Source: Actinomycetota bacterium (lineage in GTDB: Bacteria; Actinomycetota; Actinomycetes; S36-B12; UBA5976). Taken from it: 64,000 nt of DNA. The stretch is from contig CANGDT010000002.1 of NCBI GenBank assembly GCA_947452755.1, positions 27,909 to 91,908 on the forward strand, in the 5' to 3' direction. A model generated the notes under the pieces. That model saw only the letters and a program-made list of their open reading frames with translations. It did no database searches and had not been told where the DNA came from. A program made the position numbers and the translations under genes. Every line of letters begins with the position of its first letter. The first letter of the stretch is position 1. Below, one piece after another: positions 19,148 through 29,124 of the stretch.

Positions 19148-20330
19148 CTTGCTCAATCTGCAAGATCCACAACAGGTCATTAATCCTTACGGAATTTATA
19201 CATCGCTACGTGCAAGCGGTGAACTTTTGTGGAGTGAACGTTACGACATGTGGCTAGCGCCGACGCACGCTACCGCGAATGCCACACTTCGTGCCAAATC
19301 ACTCGGTCGAATTTTTTCACCAGTACTTCCAGAATCTGAGTGGGAGATTTTTAACTGGCTCCATTCAGATTCAATTTTGGATAGCGAACCACCAAAGCAC
19401 ACGCGCCTTCGTGCCCTTGTGCAAAAAGCATTTACACCTGGCCGCATTGAAGCGCTGCGTCCCAACATTGTTCAAACCTGTGTTGAACTCCTCGATCGTG
19501 CTGAAGTAAAGCGAAACGAACAAGGGCACTTCGATGTCTTGGCTGACTATGCTGAACCGCTTCCCGTATTGATCATTGCTGACTTGCTCGGCGTTCCGCG
19601 TGACATGGCTGAAGACCTTCGACGCTGGTCGCAGGACATTGTCAAAATGTACGAATTTGATCGGACTCGAGAGCAAGAGCTCGCAGCTCAAGAATCCGGC
19701 AAGGCGTTCAGTGAATATGTTTCTGCAATTGCACGTGAACGAAAGAAAAATCCACAATCAGATTTGATTACTGCATTAGTGGAAGTTGAAGAGCTAGGTG
19801 AGAAGCTCAACGAACACGAGCTGATTGCCATGTGTGTCTTGCTGTTAAATGCTGGGCACGAAGCAAGCGTGAACGGTTTTGGTAATGGAATGGTTGCGCT
19901 CTTCAACAATCCTGATCAGCTTGGACTGTTAGCTGCGCATCCACATGAACTCGCGCCGACGGCTCTTGAAGAAATGTTGCGTTATGACTCGCCGTTGCAT
20001 CTTTTTGAACGCACTGCCACGGCAGATACTCAGATTGGTGAGATAACTGTGCAGGTTGGGCAGAAAGTTGGCGCTTTGCTGGGTTCGGCAAATCGCGATG
20101 GCACTGTTTTTGCTGAGCCAGATACTTTCGACATCACGCGTGCGCAGAATCCGCATATTGCTTTTGGTGCGGGTATTCATTTTTGTATTGGTGCTCCGCT
20201 TGCTCGCCTTGAGATGTTGACGTCGCTGCCAATGTTGTTTGAGCGTTTTCCGGATTTGCAGTTAGCGGGGGAGCCGGTTCAGCGTCCGACTTTTGTACTG
20301 CGTGGCTGGGAGTCGATTCCAGCGAGCTAA
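19134..20330 (+). CDS. cytochrome P450
   Basis: It carries the heme-thiolate loop FGAGIHFCIGAPLAR, the ExxR motif (EMLRYDSP) and the I-helix LLLNAGHEAS. Confidence 0.9.
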   Translation: MSTANLLNLQDPQQVINPYGIYTSLRASGELLWSERYDMWLAPTHATANATLRAKSLGRIFSPVLPESEWEIFNWLHSDSILDSEPPKHTRLRALVQKAFTPGRIEALRPNIVQTCVELLDRAEVKRNEQGHFDVLADYAEPLPVLIIADLLGVPRDMAEDLRRWSQDIVKMYEFDRTREQELAAQESGKAFSEYVSAIARERKKNPQSDLITALVEVEELGEKLNEHELIAMCVLLLNAGHEASVNGFGNGMVALFNNPDQLGLLAAHPHELAPTALEEMLRYDSPLHLFERTATADTQIGEITVQVGQKVGALLGSANRDGTVFAEPDTFDITRAQNPHIAFGAGIHFCIGAPLARLEMLTSLPMLFERFPDLQLAGEPVQRPTFVLRGWESIPAS

Positions 20331-20379
20331 GTGGGTACTGCGTGGCTGGGAGTCGATTCCAGCGAGCTAAGTGGGTACT
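20295..20379. repeat. perfect 40-bp tandem duplication (2 copies plus a 5-nt third start) covering the P450 stop codon
   Basis: Bases 20295-20334 and 20335-20374 are identical (gtactgcgtggctgggagtcgattccagcgagctaagtgg). They are followed by gtact again. Confidence 0.95.
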
Positions 20380-21685
20380 AGTTTTCTAGTGCGTTGTGCA
20401 TTGCGGCGAATTTGGATTGTGATTCAGCCACTTCGGATTCGCTTGTTGAGCCGGAAACAATTCCGCACCCTGCGTATAGGCGAAGTTGTGTGCGGTGTGT
20501 GTCTTCAATTTGTGCGCAACGTAAGGCGATACCAAACTCACCGTTGCTGTTTCGATCAATCCATCCGACTGGTGCCGAGTAGCGTCCTCGGTCCATGTGT
20601 TCGAGTTCGCGGATCATGAGTGCTGCACGTTCTGTTGGTGTGCCGCATACGGCAGCGGTTGGATGAAGTGATGCGGCAAGTGCGAGTGCGGATGCGCCGT
20701 CTACGAGTTCACCTGAAATGTCAGTGGCGAGGTGTTGAACGTTTGCAAGCTGAAGAATGAATGGTTCTTCTGGCACGTTCAGGTCTGTGCAGTGTGACGC
20801 GAGGGCAGAGGCGACTGAGGCCACAGCATAGGCATGTTCTTCTTGATCTTTGTCAGATCCCATGAGTGCTTGTGCTAGTTGGTCGTCGCGATGCGAGTCG
20901 CTACTGCGGCGAACTGTTCCGGCGAGAACTCGGCTGGTGACTTGGTCTTGATCTTTTCTGATGAGAAGTTCAGGTGTGGCACCTATGAGTCCATCAACAC
21001 TGAAGGTCCAGCATTCGGGGAACGCGTTGTTGAGTTTGCGCAAAAGTGCACCGAGGTTTAGTGGCTGATCAAGTTTTGCCACGATGTCGCGAGCCAGTAC
21101 GACTTTGTCGAGCTCGCCGGCGTTGATTCGCTCGACTGCCGTGTCAACTGCATGCGCCCAATCTTCGACGGGACGTGAACCTTCTGCCCAAGTAACTGAA
21201 TGGTGTGCTGTTTCGATTACTCGCGGTTTTGCGAGTTCCGATTCAGCTTGCGCGATGTCGTCGTCGATTGTGTGTGCGTCGGCAGTCACTGTGAGCGTGG
21301 TGCCGTGCTCTGTTCTGCGAACGACAAATTTTGGTATGACAACGACTGAACTGCCTGAGCTTGATGAAAATGCGAATGATGCAAAGGCGATGGGTTCATC
21401 GCCAAATGCGGTCGAGCACCATTTGGTCCACCAACGTTGTGCTCGGCTAAATCGTTCGGGGCCATCTACTTCGACTCGATCTACTTCGCCCCATGCGACA
21501 ATTCCGTGTTGGTCATCGGCTGGACCGCGTACCCAAGCCAGGGCGTCATCTGCGCCAATCAAACTCAAGAGGTGCGGTTGGTCTGCGATGTGAGCTGTGC
21601 GTACACGAATGCCTTCGTGCGGATGAATAAATGCGGTGCTCACAATCTTTAAGCCTAGACCGCCAAGTTGTTTGCGGCATCTCAC
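20378..21685 (-). CDS. menF: isochorismate synthase
   Basis: It has chorismate-binding motifs (GRYSAPVGWID, GIALRCA, AGCGIV). The start is uncertain (GTG 21685 or GTG 21643). Confidence 0.85.
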   Translation of the reverse strand: MRCRKQLGGLGLKIVSTAFIHPHEGIRVRTAHIADQPHLLSLIGADDALAWVRGPADDQHGIVAWGEVDRVEVDGPERFSRAQRWWTKWCSTAFGDEPIAFASFAFSSSSGSSVVVIPKFVVRRTEHGTTLTVTADAHTIDDDIAQAESELAKPRVIETAHHSVTWAEGSRPVEDWAHAVDTAVERINAGELDKVVLARDIVAKLDQPLNLGALLRKLNNAFPECWTFSVDGLIGATPELLIRKDQDQVTSRVLAGTVRRSSDSHRDDQLAQALMGSDKDQEEHAYAVASVASALASHCTDLNVPEEPFILQLANVQHLATDISGELVDGASALALAASLHPTAAVCGTPTERAALMIRELEHMDRGRYSAPVGWIDRNSNGEFGIALRCAQIEDTHRTQLRLYAGCGIVSGSTSESEVAESQSKFAAMHNALEN

Positions 21686-21719
21686 GATGGAGATTCCGCT
21701 GTCGGCTTAGACTTCGATT

Positions 21720-23120
21720 GTGGCTCAAGTCTCTGATGTTTCCTTAACCAAAGGATTTTGGCACCGAGTGGCCGGGCCCTACGCATTTTCCTGGCAGTGG
21801 ATTGTTTTGATGTTCGCGCTGTCTGTGCCTCTGACAGCTTCGATTTATGGTCCATTTGGTTCCTATGAATACAACCGGACTTTCTTCGTGTCGTCGATCG
21901 CGCAAGTGATTAGTTTGATTCCAATCGTGTTGTTTGGTCGCATGGTTGTCGCGATAGAGCGTTTTCCTTTGCGTCTTTCGATGGTGTTGGTGCTCTTTGT
22001 AGTTGTGAACATTATTCGGTCAATAGCAAACGGCGCTCTATTTAGTTTGTGGAACATTGATGCAACGCACTACGTAGGCCGCATTTTTTCTAACGTTAGT
22101 TTTGGTGCTCCTTTGATGATCACGCTGGCGTGGATGATGGATCGTCATTACGAAAATAGACACAATGTTCGCGCATTGCGTGAGGCCTGCCAAGCAGCGA
22201 ACATGCGTATTTCAAGTTTGAGCGAGTCACTTTCGGAAACTTTTTCGTATTGGAAACGTGAACTCCATCTTGAAACTACAGAGTCTCGAGCCGCTCTTAT
22301 GCGTATTGCGGATCAACATGCAAGCGAACCAGATCGTGCGCAAATAATTGTTGAGCTTGACGATCAACTCGCAAAGGCAGAAGACGCTTCGCGACTCTAT
22401 TGGACAAATGGTTCAGGTTTAGCTGAAGACAAATCTCGGTTACCGCGGAAGTCCTCATTTCGAGATGTACTAGACGGTGCAACGATTTATCGACCTGTGG
22501 CACCGGGTATTACAGCCTTTGCGCTCTTCGCAGTTCTTGCCGCTTGGCATTCATTTGTGATTTCACGCAAAGAAGCCCTTGTAGTGTCCTCGGTTATTGG
22601 TGCAATGACATTCGTGCTTTTAAGTAGTTATCGAAAGTTTGTCTTGCCAGGAATGAAGAAGGCATCGAACGTCACACGATGGTTGATTTTTGAAAGTTTT
22701 GCGATTGCACTAACCGTGCTGGTAGTAGTAATGCTCACAATTGGTACAGGTCCAACTGGTCGCGCACTTCTTGATCCGCATATGCAGGCGTACTTAGTCT
22801 TACTGGTTTTAAATTGCGTGGCTATTTACGGTGGATTTATGAGTGGCTCAATGTTGTACATTCAGCGACTCGAATTTTATAAATCCGAACGTCAACAAAT
22901 TGTGCGTGATTTAGAAAATGAACTTGAATTGCAAAATTCGTTATCGAAGTTACTTTTCACGACCGCGATCGGACATACGCCTACCGCAGGCACGATTCGC
23001 ATTCAAGAGGCAATTGCCACACACGACGATGCACTTATTAATCGCGCACTACGTGAGTCACTTGAGATCTGGACTGAAGCCGTTGCCAAGCTTTCTCGTC
23101 GCGCAGCGATATCGGACTAA
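21720..23120 (+). CDS. polytopic membrane protein, unknown function (two blocks of about 4 TM helices, each followed by a helical soluble segment)
   Basis: The 466-aa ORF has hydrophobic stretches at roughly aa 23-140 and 262-382. I recognised no family motif. Codon usage looks AT-richer than the neighbours. Confidence 0.6.
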   Translation: MAQVSDVSLTKGFWHRVAGPYAFSWQWIVLMFALSVPLTASIYGPFGSYEYNRTFFVSSIAQVISLIPIVLFGRMVVAIERFPLRLSMVLVLFVVVNIIRSIANGALFSLWNIDATHYVGRIFSNVSFGAPLMITLAWMMDRHYENRHNVRALREACQAANMRISSLSESLSETFSYWKRELHLETTESRAALMRIADQHASEPDRAQIIVELDDQLAKAEDASRLYWTNGSGLAEDKSRLPRKSSFRDVLDGATIYRPVAPGITAFALFAVLAAWHSFVISRKEALVVSSVIGAMTFVLLSSYRKFVLPGMKKASNVTRWLIFESFAIALTVLVVVMLTIGTGPTGRALLDPHMQAYLVLLVLNCVAIYGGFMSGSMLYIQRLEFYKSERQQIVRDLENELELQNSLSKLLFTTAIGHTPTAGTIRIQEAIATHDDALINRALRESLEIWTEAVAKLSRRAAISD

Positions 23121-23245
23121 TTCACATTTCCGTCTGGACTGCTCCACGGAGTCGAATCGATAATGAACTCGGATTGCTAAACGTGCCGGGTTACTAAGGG
23201 ACAGGTATCTCCTGCAACATCCTTGACACATGGCAGACTAGGAAC

Positions 23246-23935
23246 ATGTCGAGCGCAGATCTGAACAAAGAGCCCCACGAAGTGGCAGCAATGTTTGATG
23301 GCGTTGCCGAAAAATACGACATCACGAACGACGTTCTTTCCTTTGGCCGCACTCGCGCTTGGCGCAAAGCGGTAGTGGCGGCCGTTGACCCACAGCCGGG
23401 TGAAAAAATTCTTGATTTGGCTGCGGGTACTGGGACAAGTACGCAACCATTCTTTGAAGCTGGGGCGGAAGCGATAGCTTGCGATTTCAGTTTGGGAATG
23501 CTCGAAGTGGGCAAGCGGCGTTATCCGCACCTGACATTTGTGGCCGGCGATGGGATGAACCTGCCTTTTGCTGATAATTCCTTTGATGCAGTGACTATTT
23601 CCTTCGGTTTGCGCAATATTCACGACACTTTGCGTGGTTTGCAGGAGCTTTACCGAGTCACTAAGCCCGGTGGTCGCCTGGTCGTGTGCGAGTTCAGCCA
23701 TCCAACGGTCAGCGCGTTCCGCAAGGTGTACATGGAATATTTGATGAAGGCCTTGCCTGGTGTAGCCAAAAAGGTCTCCAGCAACCCAGACGCATACGTC
23801 TATTTGGCCGAATCTATCCGGGCGTGGCCAAATCAACTGGAATTGGCCGAATTAATTGGCGCCGCTGGCTGGGAATTGTGCAAGTGGCGCGATCTCACAG
23901 GCGGAATTGTCGCTTTGCATCACGCGGTTAAGTAG
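23246..23935 (+). CDS. menG: demethylmenaquinone methyltransferase
   Basis: It is UbiE/MenG family, with the SAM motif [10 protein letters not shown] and the conserved [12 protein letters not shown]. Confidence 0.9.
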   Translation: MSSADLNKEPHEVAAMFDGVAEKYDITNDVLSFGRTRAWRKAVVAAVDPQPGEKILDLAAGTGTSTQPFFEAGAEAIACDFSLGMLEVGKRRYPHLTFVAGDGMNLPFADNSFDAVTISFGLRNIHDTLRGLQELYRVTKPGGRLVVCEFSHPTVSAFRKVYMEYLMKALPGVAKKVSSNPDAYVYLAESIRAWPNQLELAELIGAAGWELCKWRDLTGGIVALHHAVK

Positions 23936-24080
23936 TTTCAAGCTGCCAAGGGCATTCACTGTGGAGTACACAGTCTTGTTCACTGCCTCAGACGTAACCA
24001 AGGTCACGGACCTATTTTGCTTCAAAATCACTCCTGCCAATCAAATGGTTCGACCTACTCACTAAACTTTGAGTTGACTT

Positions 24081-24096
24081 CGTGAAAGTTTTCACA
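24081..24096. promoter_or_regulatory. candidate CRP/FNR-family (GlxR-type) operator upstream of nuoA
   Basis: The sequence cGTGA-aagttt-TCACa matches TGTGA-N6-TCACA at 9 of 10 positions. It lies 117 nt upstream of the nuoA start, just after a TTGACT hexamer at 24074. Confidence 0.3.
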
Positions 24097-24212
24097 AGTT
24101 CACAAGCACGCTGTATCCACAAGGCTTTCGGGCTCTAGGATTAGTAGTCGCAAGTGGCTTATGTGGGCGAGGCTCGCATAATTAGTGACTTTTATAGAAA
24201 GGTGGCTGCGCT

Positions 24213-24581
24213 GTGGGACAGGGCAATGTCTACCTACCCATTCTTTTCCTAGGTCTGCTTTCATTGGGCTTTGCTGTTTTCTCAGTAGGTATCGCGCCAG
24301 TCACCGGACCAAAGCGTTACAACCGCGCAAAGGTTGACGCCTACGAATGTGGCATCGAGCCAACACCACAACCAGTCGGCGGCGGCACCTTTCCGGTGAA
24401 GTACTACCTGACGGCAATGTTGTTCATCGTGTTCGACATTGAAATTGTTTTCTTGTACCCATGGGCAGTCAGCTTTGACGCTCTGGGACTTTTTGGTTTA
24501 GTCGAAATGATCATCTTCATCGTGACCGTTCTTGCTGCGTACGCATTCGTGTGGCGCCGCGGCGGTCTCGAATGGGATTAA
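24213..24581 (+). CDS. nuoA: NADH-quinone oxidoreductase subunit A
   Basis: It is a 3-TM protein with the AYECGIEP motif. AAGG lies 8 nt upstream of the GTG. It is the first gene of a 14-gene operon. Confidence 0.9.
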   Translation: MGQGNVYLPILFLGLLSLGFAVFSVGIAPVTGPKRYNRAKVDAYECGIEPTPQPVGGGTFPVKYYLTAMLFIVFDIEIVFLYPWAVSFDALGLFGLVEMIIFIVTVLAAYAFVWRRGGLEWD

Positions 24582-24619
24582 TACTTTTTAAATATTGAGA
24601 TTGCAGAGTAGAGGACATC

Positions 24620-25174
24620 ATGGGTCTTGAAGAGAAACTCCCGAGCGGAGTTCTGCTGACGACAGTTGAAGGACTTGCAGGCTATGCCCGCAAGAATTCG
24701 CTCTGGCCAGCAACGTTTGGTCTTGCGTGCTGTGCAATCGAAATGATGGCAACAGGTGCAGGTCGTTACGACCTCGCGCGGTTCGGCATGGAAGTTTTCC
24801 GCGCATCACCACGTCAGGCTGACTTGATGATTGTTGCCGGCCGTGTCAGCCAAAAGATGGCTCCAGTTGTGCGCCAGATTTACGATCAAATGCCTGGCCC
24901 TAAGTGGGTTCTCGCTATGGGTGTGTGCGCTTCTTCGGGCGGCATGTTCAATAACTACGCAGTTGTTCAAGGCGTGGATCACATTGTGCCCGTTGATATT
25001 TACCTGCCAGGTTGCCCGCCTCGTCCAGAAATGTTGATTGACGCCCTGTTGAAACTTCATGGCGAAATTCAAGATACAAAGTTGGGTTCAAACCGCGCTC
25101 GCGAAATTATTTCTCTCGAACAGGATGCACTTCTTGCAGCACCAACTTCAGAGATGAAGGGACTGCTTCGATGA
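24620..25174 (+). CDS. nuoB: NADH-quinone oxidoreductase subunit B
   Basis: It carries the N2-cluster cysteines in [17 protein letters not shown] and LPGCPP. Confidence 0.95.
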   Translation: MGLEEKLPSGVLLTTVEGLAGYARKNSLWPATFGLACCAIEMMATGAGRYDLARFGMEVFRASPRQADLMIVAGRVSQKMAPVVRQIYDQMPGPKWVLAMGVCASSGGMFNNYAVVQGVDHIVPVDIYLPGCPPRPEMLIDALLKLHGEIQDTKLGSNRAREIISLEQDALLAAPTSEMKGLLR

Positions 25175-25863
25175 GTGAAGTTACTCCTTCGAGCCTGCCA
25201 ATTCTCGATGTCACCACTGTGCGCACCGGAATGTTCGGTTCAACTGGATCAGGTGACACGTCAGGCTTCGGCGGTCTTGTCAGTGTTGTTCCAGTTCCTG
25301 CACCCTCACAACGTCCATTCGGAAGTTACTTCGATGCGATTGCCGAAGAGCTGAATGCAGCACTTCCAGAGTTTGGTTCGTCATTCGACAAAGCGATTGA
25401 AAAAGTAGTCATCGAGCACGATGAGATGACGCTCTACGTGCGCGCGTCAGAGCTCGTTGCGGTGGCCCGCACTTTACGCGACGAGCCAGGGTTACGTTTT
25501 GAATTGTGCCTCGGCGTAAACGGTGTTCACTACCCGAACCAAACCGGTCGCGAAATGCACGCGGTATATCAATTCCGTTCAATCACACACAATCGCAAAG
25601 TACGCGTTGAAGTTGCAGTTGCCGATTCACATCCGCACGTTCCATCGTTGATGTCGGTGTACCCAACTAATGACTGGCACGAACGTGAAACATTTGATTT
25701 CTTCGGCCTGATTTTCGATGGTCACCCGCATCTGACACGCATCCACATGCCAGATGACTGGGAAGGTCATCCACAGCGCAAGGACTACCCACTGGGTGGC
25801 ATTCCAGTCGAATACAAGGGTGCGACAATTCCACCGCCCGATACGCGGAGGTCATACAACTAA
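25171..25863 (+). CDS. nuoC: NADH-quinone oxidoreductase subunit C
   Basis: It has the 30-kDa subunit motif [12 protein letters not shown] and an ATGA overlap with nuoB. Confidence 0.95.
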   Translation: MSEVTPSSLPILDVTTVRTGMFGSTGSGDTSGFGGLVSVVPVPAPSQRPFGSYFDAIAEELNAALPEFGSSFDKAIEKVVIEHDEMTLYVRASELVAVARTLRDEPGLRFELCLGVNGVHYPNQTGREMHAVYQFRSITHNRKVRVEVAVADSHPHVPSLMSVYPTNDWHERETFDFFGLIFDGHPHLTRIHMPDDWEGHPQRKDYPLGGIPVEYKGATIPPPDTRRSYN

Positions 25864-27182
25864 TGTCCGATACATACGCACCGTCATACGACACAACAGA
25901 AGGCCGCGTTTATACGGTTCAGGGTCAGGACTGGGACACAGTCCTAGGCGCAGCCGAAGGTGAACACGAGCGCATTGTCGTCAACATGGGTCCACAGCAC
26001 CCATCAACACACGGCGTGCTTCGTCTCGTTCTTGAAATCGATGGCGAAACAGTAACCGAAGCTCGTTGCGGCATCGGTTACCTCCACACCGGTATCGAAA
26101 AGAACATGGAGTTCCGTTCATGGACGCAGGGCGTCACATACGTAACTCGCATGGACTACCTGTCACCATTCTTTAACGAAGCCGCGTACTGCCTTGGCGT
26201 TGAAAAGCTCCTCGGCATTACCGATCAAATCCCAGAACGTGCCAACGTCATCCGCGTGATGATGATGGAACTCAATCGCATTTCCTCCCACCTAGTCGCA
26301 CTCGCAACTGGCGGTATGGAACTCGGCGCATTGACCGCAATGATCTTTGGTTTCCGCGAACGTGAATCGATTCTGGATCTGTTCGAATTAGTTACCGGTC
26401 TTCGCATGAACAGTGCGTACATTCGTCCCGGTGGCGTCGCGCAAGATCTACCTGCTGGTGCTGAAGAAAAGATTCGCGAAACCATCAAGTCACTACCACG
26501 TCGTTTCAAAGACACTGCAGACATGCTTGTTGGAAATGGCGTATGGATGGGTCGTACGGACAACGTTGGTGTGCTGGATCTTTCGGCTGCGATGGCGTTG
26601 GGATCAACCGGTCCCGTTCTTCGCGCAACGGGTTTGCCGCATGACCTCCGCAAGACTGACCCATACTGTGGCTACGAAAACTACGAATTTGATGTCATCA
26701 CCAAGACAACAAATGATGCTTACGGTCGCTTCTTGATACGTCTTGAAGAGATGGAACAGTCGCTGAACATCGTTGACCAGTGTCTTGATCGTTTGGCACC
26801 CGGACCAGTCATGGTTGAAGACAAGAAGATTGCATGGCCATCACAGCTTTCAATCGGTTCAGATGGTCAGGGCAATTCGCTTGACCACATCCGTCACATC
26901 ATGGGTGAATCGATGGAAGCTCTCATCCACCACTTCAAACTGGTCACCGAAGGTTTCTCAGTTCCGGCAGGCCAGGTCTACAGCGCAGTTGAGTCACCTC
27001 GCGGTGAACTTGGCGTACATATCGTTTCTGATGGTGGAACACGTCCATACCGCGTGCATTATCGCGATCCGTCATTCACAAATCTTCAAGCTGTTGCAGC
27101 GATGTGTGAAGGCGGTCAGATTGCTGACGTCATCGCAGCCGTTGCTTCAATTGACCCAGTTATGGGAGGTGTGGATCGATAA
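25863..27182 (+). CDS. nuoD: NADH-quinone oxidoreductase subunit D
   Basis: It has the 49-kDa subunit motifs [12 protein letters not shown] and ESPRGELG. Confidence 0.95.
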   Translation: MSDTYAPSYDTTEGRVYTVQGQDWDTVLGAAEGEHERIVVNMGPQHPSTHGVLRLVLEIDGETVTEARCGIGYLHTGIEKNMEFRSWTQGVTYVTRMDYLSPFFNEAAYCLGVEKLLGITDQIPERANVIRVMMMELNRISSHLVALATGGMELGALTAMIFGFRERESILDLFELVTGLRMNSAYIRPGGVAQDLPAGAEEKIRETIKSLPRRFKDTADMLVGNGVWMGRTDNVGVLDLSAAMALGSTGPVLRATGLPHDLRKTDPYCGYENYEFDVITKTTNDAYGRFLIRLEEMEQSLNIVDQCLDRLAPGPVMVEDKKIAWPSQLSIGSDGQGNSLDHIRHIMGESMEALIHHFKLVTEGFSVPAGQVYSAVESPRGELGVHIVSDGGTRPYRVHYRDPSFTNLQAVAAMCEGGQIADVIAAVASIDPVMGGVDR

Positions 27183-27826
27183 TGTCGCTCACACAAGAAA
27201 CACGCGAGAAGGCTCGCGAAATCATTTCTCGTTACCCGCAGGCACGTTCAGCGCTTCTACCCATGTTGCACCTTGTGCAATCTGAAGAAGGCTTTGTAAG
27301 CGCCGACGGTATCGCCCTTTGTGCAGAGGAACTCGAACTCACAACTGCCGAAGTTGCTGCGGTTGCAACGTTCTACACCATGTACCACCGCAAGCCAGCT
27401 GGCGAATTCCATGTGGGTGTGTGCATCAACCCAGGCTGCGGGATTCTTGGCGGCGACGAAATTTGGAAGCGCGTGAGTGACCGCCTTGGCATCGGACACG
27501 ATGAAGTAACTGAAGATGGAAAAATCTCACTCGAGCGCATCGAATGCCAAGCAGCATGCACGCACGCACCAGTGATGACGGCGAACTGGGAATTCTTGGA
27601 CAACATGACACCAGAATCTGCCCTCGAAGTAATTGAAAAACTTTCACGCGGCGAAGAAGTACTCAGCACACGTGGTCCACGCGTTCGATCATTCAAAGAA
27701 AACGAATTGACGCTTGCTGGATTTGAAGATGAGCTTGTTGATTTTGGTCAAGCCGACGCAATGATGCTTGCTGGTTTGAACCGCGCCAAGGAACTCGGCC
27801 AGAGCGCACCGAAGGGAACACTGTGA
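27182..27826 (+). CDS. nuoE: NADH-quinone oxidoreductase subunit E
   Basis: It has the 24-kDa subunit 2Fe-2S cysteines (VCINPGC and ECQAAC). Confidence 0.9.
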   Translation: MSLTQETREKAREIISRYPQARSALLPMLHLVQSEEGFVSADGIALCAEELELTTAEVAAVATFYTMYHRKPAGEFHVGVCINPGCGILGGDEIWKRVSDRLGIGHDEVTEDGKISLERIECQAACTHAPVMTANWEFLDNMTPESALEVIEKLSRGEEVLSTRGPRVRSFKENELTLAGFEDELVDFGQADAMMLAGLNRAKELGQSAPKGTL

Positions 27827-29124
27827 CTCTCACACCCGTACTGACTGCACACTGGGACGAACCAGATTCGTACACGATTTCTGGCTACCAGCGTCACGGT
27901 GGCTACACCGCAGTTAAGAAAGCACTCAAGCAGGCACCTGATGACATCATCACGCTTGTTAAAGATTCCGGTCTTCGTGGTCGTGGTGGCGCAGGCTTCC
28001 CGACCGGTTTGAAGTGGAGCTTCGTTCCTCAGGGTGACGGCAAGCCGCACTACTTAGTTGTGAACGCTGACGAGTCAGAACCTGGTGCTTGCAAAGACAT
28101 TCCGTTGATGCTTTCAAACCCCCATTCATTAATTGAAGGCATCATCATTGCGTCATTCGCAATGCGTTCGAACAACGCATTCATTTATCTTCGTGGCGAA
28201 GTGCCACACGTTTTCCGTCGCGTAAACAGCGCGATTAAGGAAGCGTATGCAGCGGGGTACCTCGGAAAGAACATTCAAGGCTCAGGTTTTGATCTTGATG
28301 TTGTACTTCACGCGGGTGCAGGCGCTTACATCTGTGGTGAAGAAACAGCCCTGCTTGACTCACTCGAAGGTCGTCGCGGCCAGCCTCGTTTGAAGCCACC
28401 ATTTCCCGCGGTTGCGGGTCTGTACGCATCACCGTCATGTGTAAATAACGTTGAAACAATTGCGAACATTCCATACATTGTGAATAACGGTGTTGATTGG
28501 TTCCGTTCAATGGGAACAGAAAAGTCACCAGGCTTTAAGTTGTTCGCAGTTTCCGGTCACGTGAATCGTCCAGGAATTTACGAAGCTCCTTTGGGTATCA
28601 CAATGCGTGAACTTCTTGAGCATGCAGGTGGCGTACGCAACGGTCACAAGGTGAAGTTCTGGTTGCCAGGTGGGTCTTCGGTTCCCATGCTGACACCGGA
28701 CCTGCTCGATACTCCGTTGACTTATGAAGACATCGCTGCGGCAGGTTCCATGCTCGGAACTGGAACGCCGATGATCTTTGACGAGACCACGTCAGTGGTT
28801 CGCGCTGTCACTGGTTGGCTTGCGTTTTACAAGCACGAGTCATGCGGCAAGTGCACACCATGTCGTGAAGGCACGTACTGGCTCAGTGATGTACTTCATC
28901 GTCTTGAAGAGGGACACGGAACAGAAGCAGATCTCGACAAACTTGTTGAAGTATGCGCCCAGATTGCAGGCCGTTCGTTCTGCGCATTGGGCGATGCGGC
29001 AGCAACACCGTTCCCTGCTGCACTAAAGCACTTCCGTGAAGAGTTTGTCCAAGCAACCACCACGCCAGCTAACGAGTCGTTTGACCCGGCAGCAGCAACT
29101 GTCTTCGCAGGAGCTACCCGATGA
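27823..29124 (+). CDS. nuoF: NADH-quinone oxidoreductase subunit F
   Basis: It has the FMN/NADH site [13 protein letters not shown] and the 4Fe-4S motif [12 protein letters not shown]. Confidence 0.95.
   Translation: MTLTPVLTAHWDEPDSYTISGYQRHGGYTAVKKALKQAPDDIITLVKDSGLRGRGGAGFPTGLKWSFVPQGDGKPHYLVVNADESEPGACKDIPLMLSNPHSLIEGIIIASFAMRSNNAFIYLRGEVPHVFRRVNSAIKEAYAAGYLGKNIQGSGFDLDVVLHAGAGAYICGEETALLDSLEGRRGQPRLKPPFPAVAGLYASPSCVNNVETIANIPYIVNNGVDWFRSMGTEKSPGFKLFAVSGHVNRPGIYEAPLGITMRELLEHAGGVRNGHKVKFWLPGGSSVPMLTPDLLDTPLTYEDIAAAGSMLGTGTPMIFDETTSVVRAVTGWLAFYKHESCGKCTPCREGTYWLSDVLHRLEEGHGTEADLDKLVEVCAQIAGRSFCALGDAAATPFPAALKHFREEFVQATTTPANESFDPAAATVFAGATR

Noticed and set aside
21084-21593. A 169-aa plus-strand ORF inside menF.
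   Set aside because: It is antisense to menF. It is Ser/Ala/Thr-rich shadow-frame sequence with no motif.
23177-23836. A 219-aa ORF on the minus strand covering most of menG.
   Set aside because: It is antisense to a gene with clear UbiE/MenG motifs and has no motif of its own. It is a typical shadow ORF in a GC-biased coding region.
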